A stretch of 64,000 bases of DNA from Narcine bancroftii (taxonomy: Eukaryota): NCBI RefSeq assembly GCF_036971445.1, contig NC_091478.1:80600001-80664000 (forward strand). Direction: 5' to 3'. The translations under genes and the position numbers were made by a program. Under the pieces are notes generated by a model that was not told the origin of the DNA, did not search any database, and worked only from the letters and a program-made list of their open reading frames with translations. This document shows, piece after piece, positions 62,141 through 64,000 of the stretch. Numbering within the stretch: the stretch's first letter is position 1; every line of letters starts with the position of its first letter.

Positions 62141-64000
62141 CAATTTCAGGTGAAGACCAGGTCAGTTTCTGTTGCAAATTGCCCACCCCCACCCACCCTT
62201 CATCTGACAATTGCTTTCCCACCCTCCCTGCCAGTGAAGAAAGATGGCTGAAACTTAGAGAAAGCTCACTGATGAGCGGAAAGAAAATAATCCGTGTAGC
62301 AGGAAAAATCCAGGAATTATTGCAGAAAGTGAAATGGAGTTTTTGCTATGTTCTTGTAGCTGTGGTTAATTTCATGGCAATGATGCACTTTGATTTTGTT
62401 TTAGTGATGCAAATGAATGTATTTATTGCTTGTCACCAACTTATCCACTGTGAGTGAAGGGGGAAAATCCTTTTAGAGGAGTTTTGGTTTAATTGACTCC
62501 CCTGGGTATTCCAAATTACATTCTCAGTCAATAATGTAATTAATATGCAGTTGCCTCTTTGCCTGGGCAAGAGTGAATAAAGCTATTGGATCCCCATTCT
62601 CAAAGAACATTAATGAGCTAATTCAGGACAAATTCAATAATGACTTTTTTATATATTTATTCAATTCATTTGAGAATTTGTGAGCATGAGCTTTGAGTTT
62701 AGAACACAGTCTGGAACTTTAACCACATAACCCTCGTGTATATGTTCCAGAGTAGCCTGCTCTCCATAAATAGAACAAGGACTTTGAAAGGACGCACTGC
62801 TCATCCACACCTTAAAACAGAACCCTAAACACTCCAGAGTGATAAATGATTGCCAACTGAGGGTTTTGTTACTAGTTAATATTGAAAAGTGGAATATTTG
62901 GCAATGCAATAGACAACAATAAGTCTCTTATTTTGTGCCAACAATCAGCAATAAACCTGACGTGGTAGAGTTGACGGCAACATGTTAATTTGTGCCTAAG
63001 GAAACATTCATAGCTTACCTTTGCTGACATTGGTCAAATGCCAAATTGTACTGCCACCTTTGAGCTTCCTTGGCACAGAAAACTCCTCAGCAAAAAGACA
63101 ACTTGTTCGATCCTTTCCCTCACTCTTCCTTCACAATGTGCTAACGTTTTAACATTGAAATGAAATAAAATCAGGCATGTCAGCTTCTGAGGCATCAAGA
63201 GCAAACAGTATCTTAGTATGTGCTGCCCTTTTTTCCCCAGCTCTCACTTAGAACTCTGAATTCTACTCTTCTGAATTGATAATGTTTGGCTAAATGATTC
63301 TGTCTGACATTACATTTCATTAAGTGTAAATTATACACCAAGGCCTGAGGCTTTGAAGTGGCATTTGAAGCTATCATCGCAAACGTTTTTCTTTCTACCT
63401 GACTACTGGCCAGTAGCCCAGAAGGTTTAACGAATGGAGAGTTGGCATTCATGTTGAAATACAAATGTGAGGTCTATGCAGCTTTTCTCTTTTTTGTGAC
63501 AGTCATTAAATTTAAATGGAGATAGGTAATTGATCTGTATTTAAGGGGGTTAAAGACCCTCAGCTAACTTAGGATCTTTATGACCTGCTCATTATAGTTA
63601 TTATATGCTAACAGAAGCACTAATGAGGCGCTTTAAAACTGTCTGTAGTGGCGTCCATCAATTTAGCCAACAAAGCAAAAACGGCAGGCTGGCTGAGAGA
63701 GGAGAATAAATGAGGAGATGTTAAGAATATTTGGTAATTTGCACAAATTTTGCTCTGCTGCTTTGTCAAAATTCTTACTTGTAAAACAAAATCAAAATTA
63801 CATACCGGTAATTTTTTAAAAAATTCTGTATGATGCAATGGTGTTTGCAATGCAAGAGCTGCCATGTTCTCTTGAGGTTACAGGCTTATGACCAGAGAGG
63901 TCAAGAACTTGAACTCAGTTGCCTTGTGTGAAATGAACTACATTACTCCTCAACATCAATGCTGAATGCTATCTCATTCCAAGTATTTGCATGTTTTCAT

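Noticed and set aside
1-64000. Prokaryotic operon, phage or defence system
   Set aside because: Low coding density and a vertebrate repeat landscape; every recognisable ORF is TE-derived

Overview
Vertebrate nuclear DNA, AT-rich, with two assembly gaps. No host protein-coding exon could be recognised, so this is a large intron or a gene desert. The repeat set (V-domain SINEs with CR1-type tails, CR1, RTE, Rex/Babar and Penelope fragments) points to a cartilaginous fish, probably a batoid; this is inference. The main feature is a full-length but decayed Mag-like Ty3/Gypsy LTR retrotransposon on the minus strand (25052-30181, 5-bp TSD CTCCT). It has no tRNA primer-binding site; the sequence in that position instead pairs with the LTR poly(A)-signal region (candidate self-priming or poly(A)-occlusion structure). 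Its U3 regions differ between the two LTRs, one LTR carries a 4-copy array of a CTCF-like motif, and an ETS-CRE/YY1 promoter-like island lies between gag and pol. The window also holds two solo LTRs, a second Gypsy remnant, hAT and Tc1/mariner-superfamily MITEs with readable TSDs (one arranged like a symmetric promoter plus splice-donor cassette), Penelope ends with hammerhead-like cores, an AmnSINE2-like relic, local duplications flanking a gap, and several CNE-like unique blocks. Coordinates were read by eye, and family names come from remembered motifs, not database searches.
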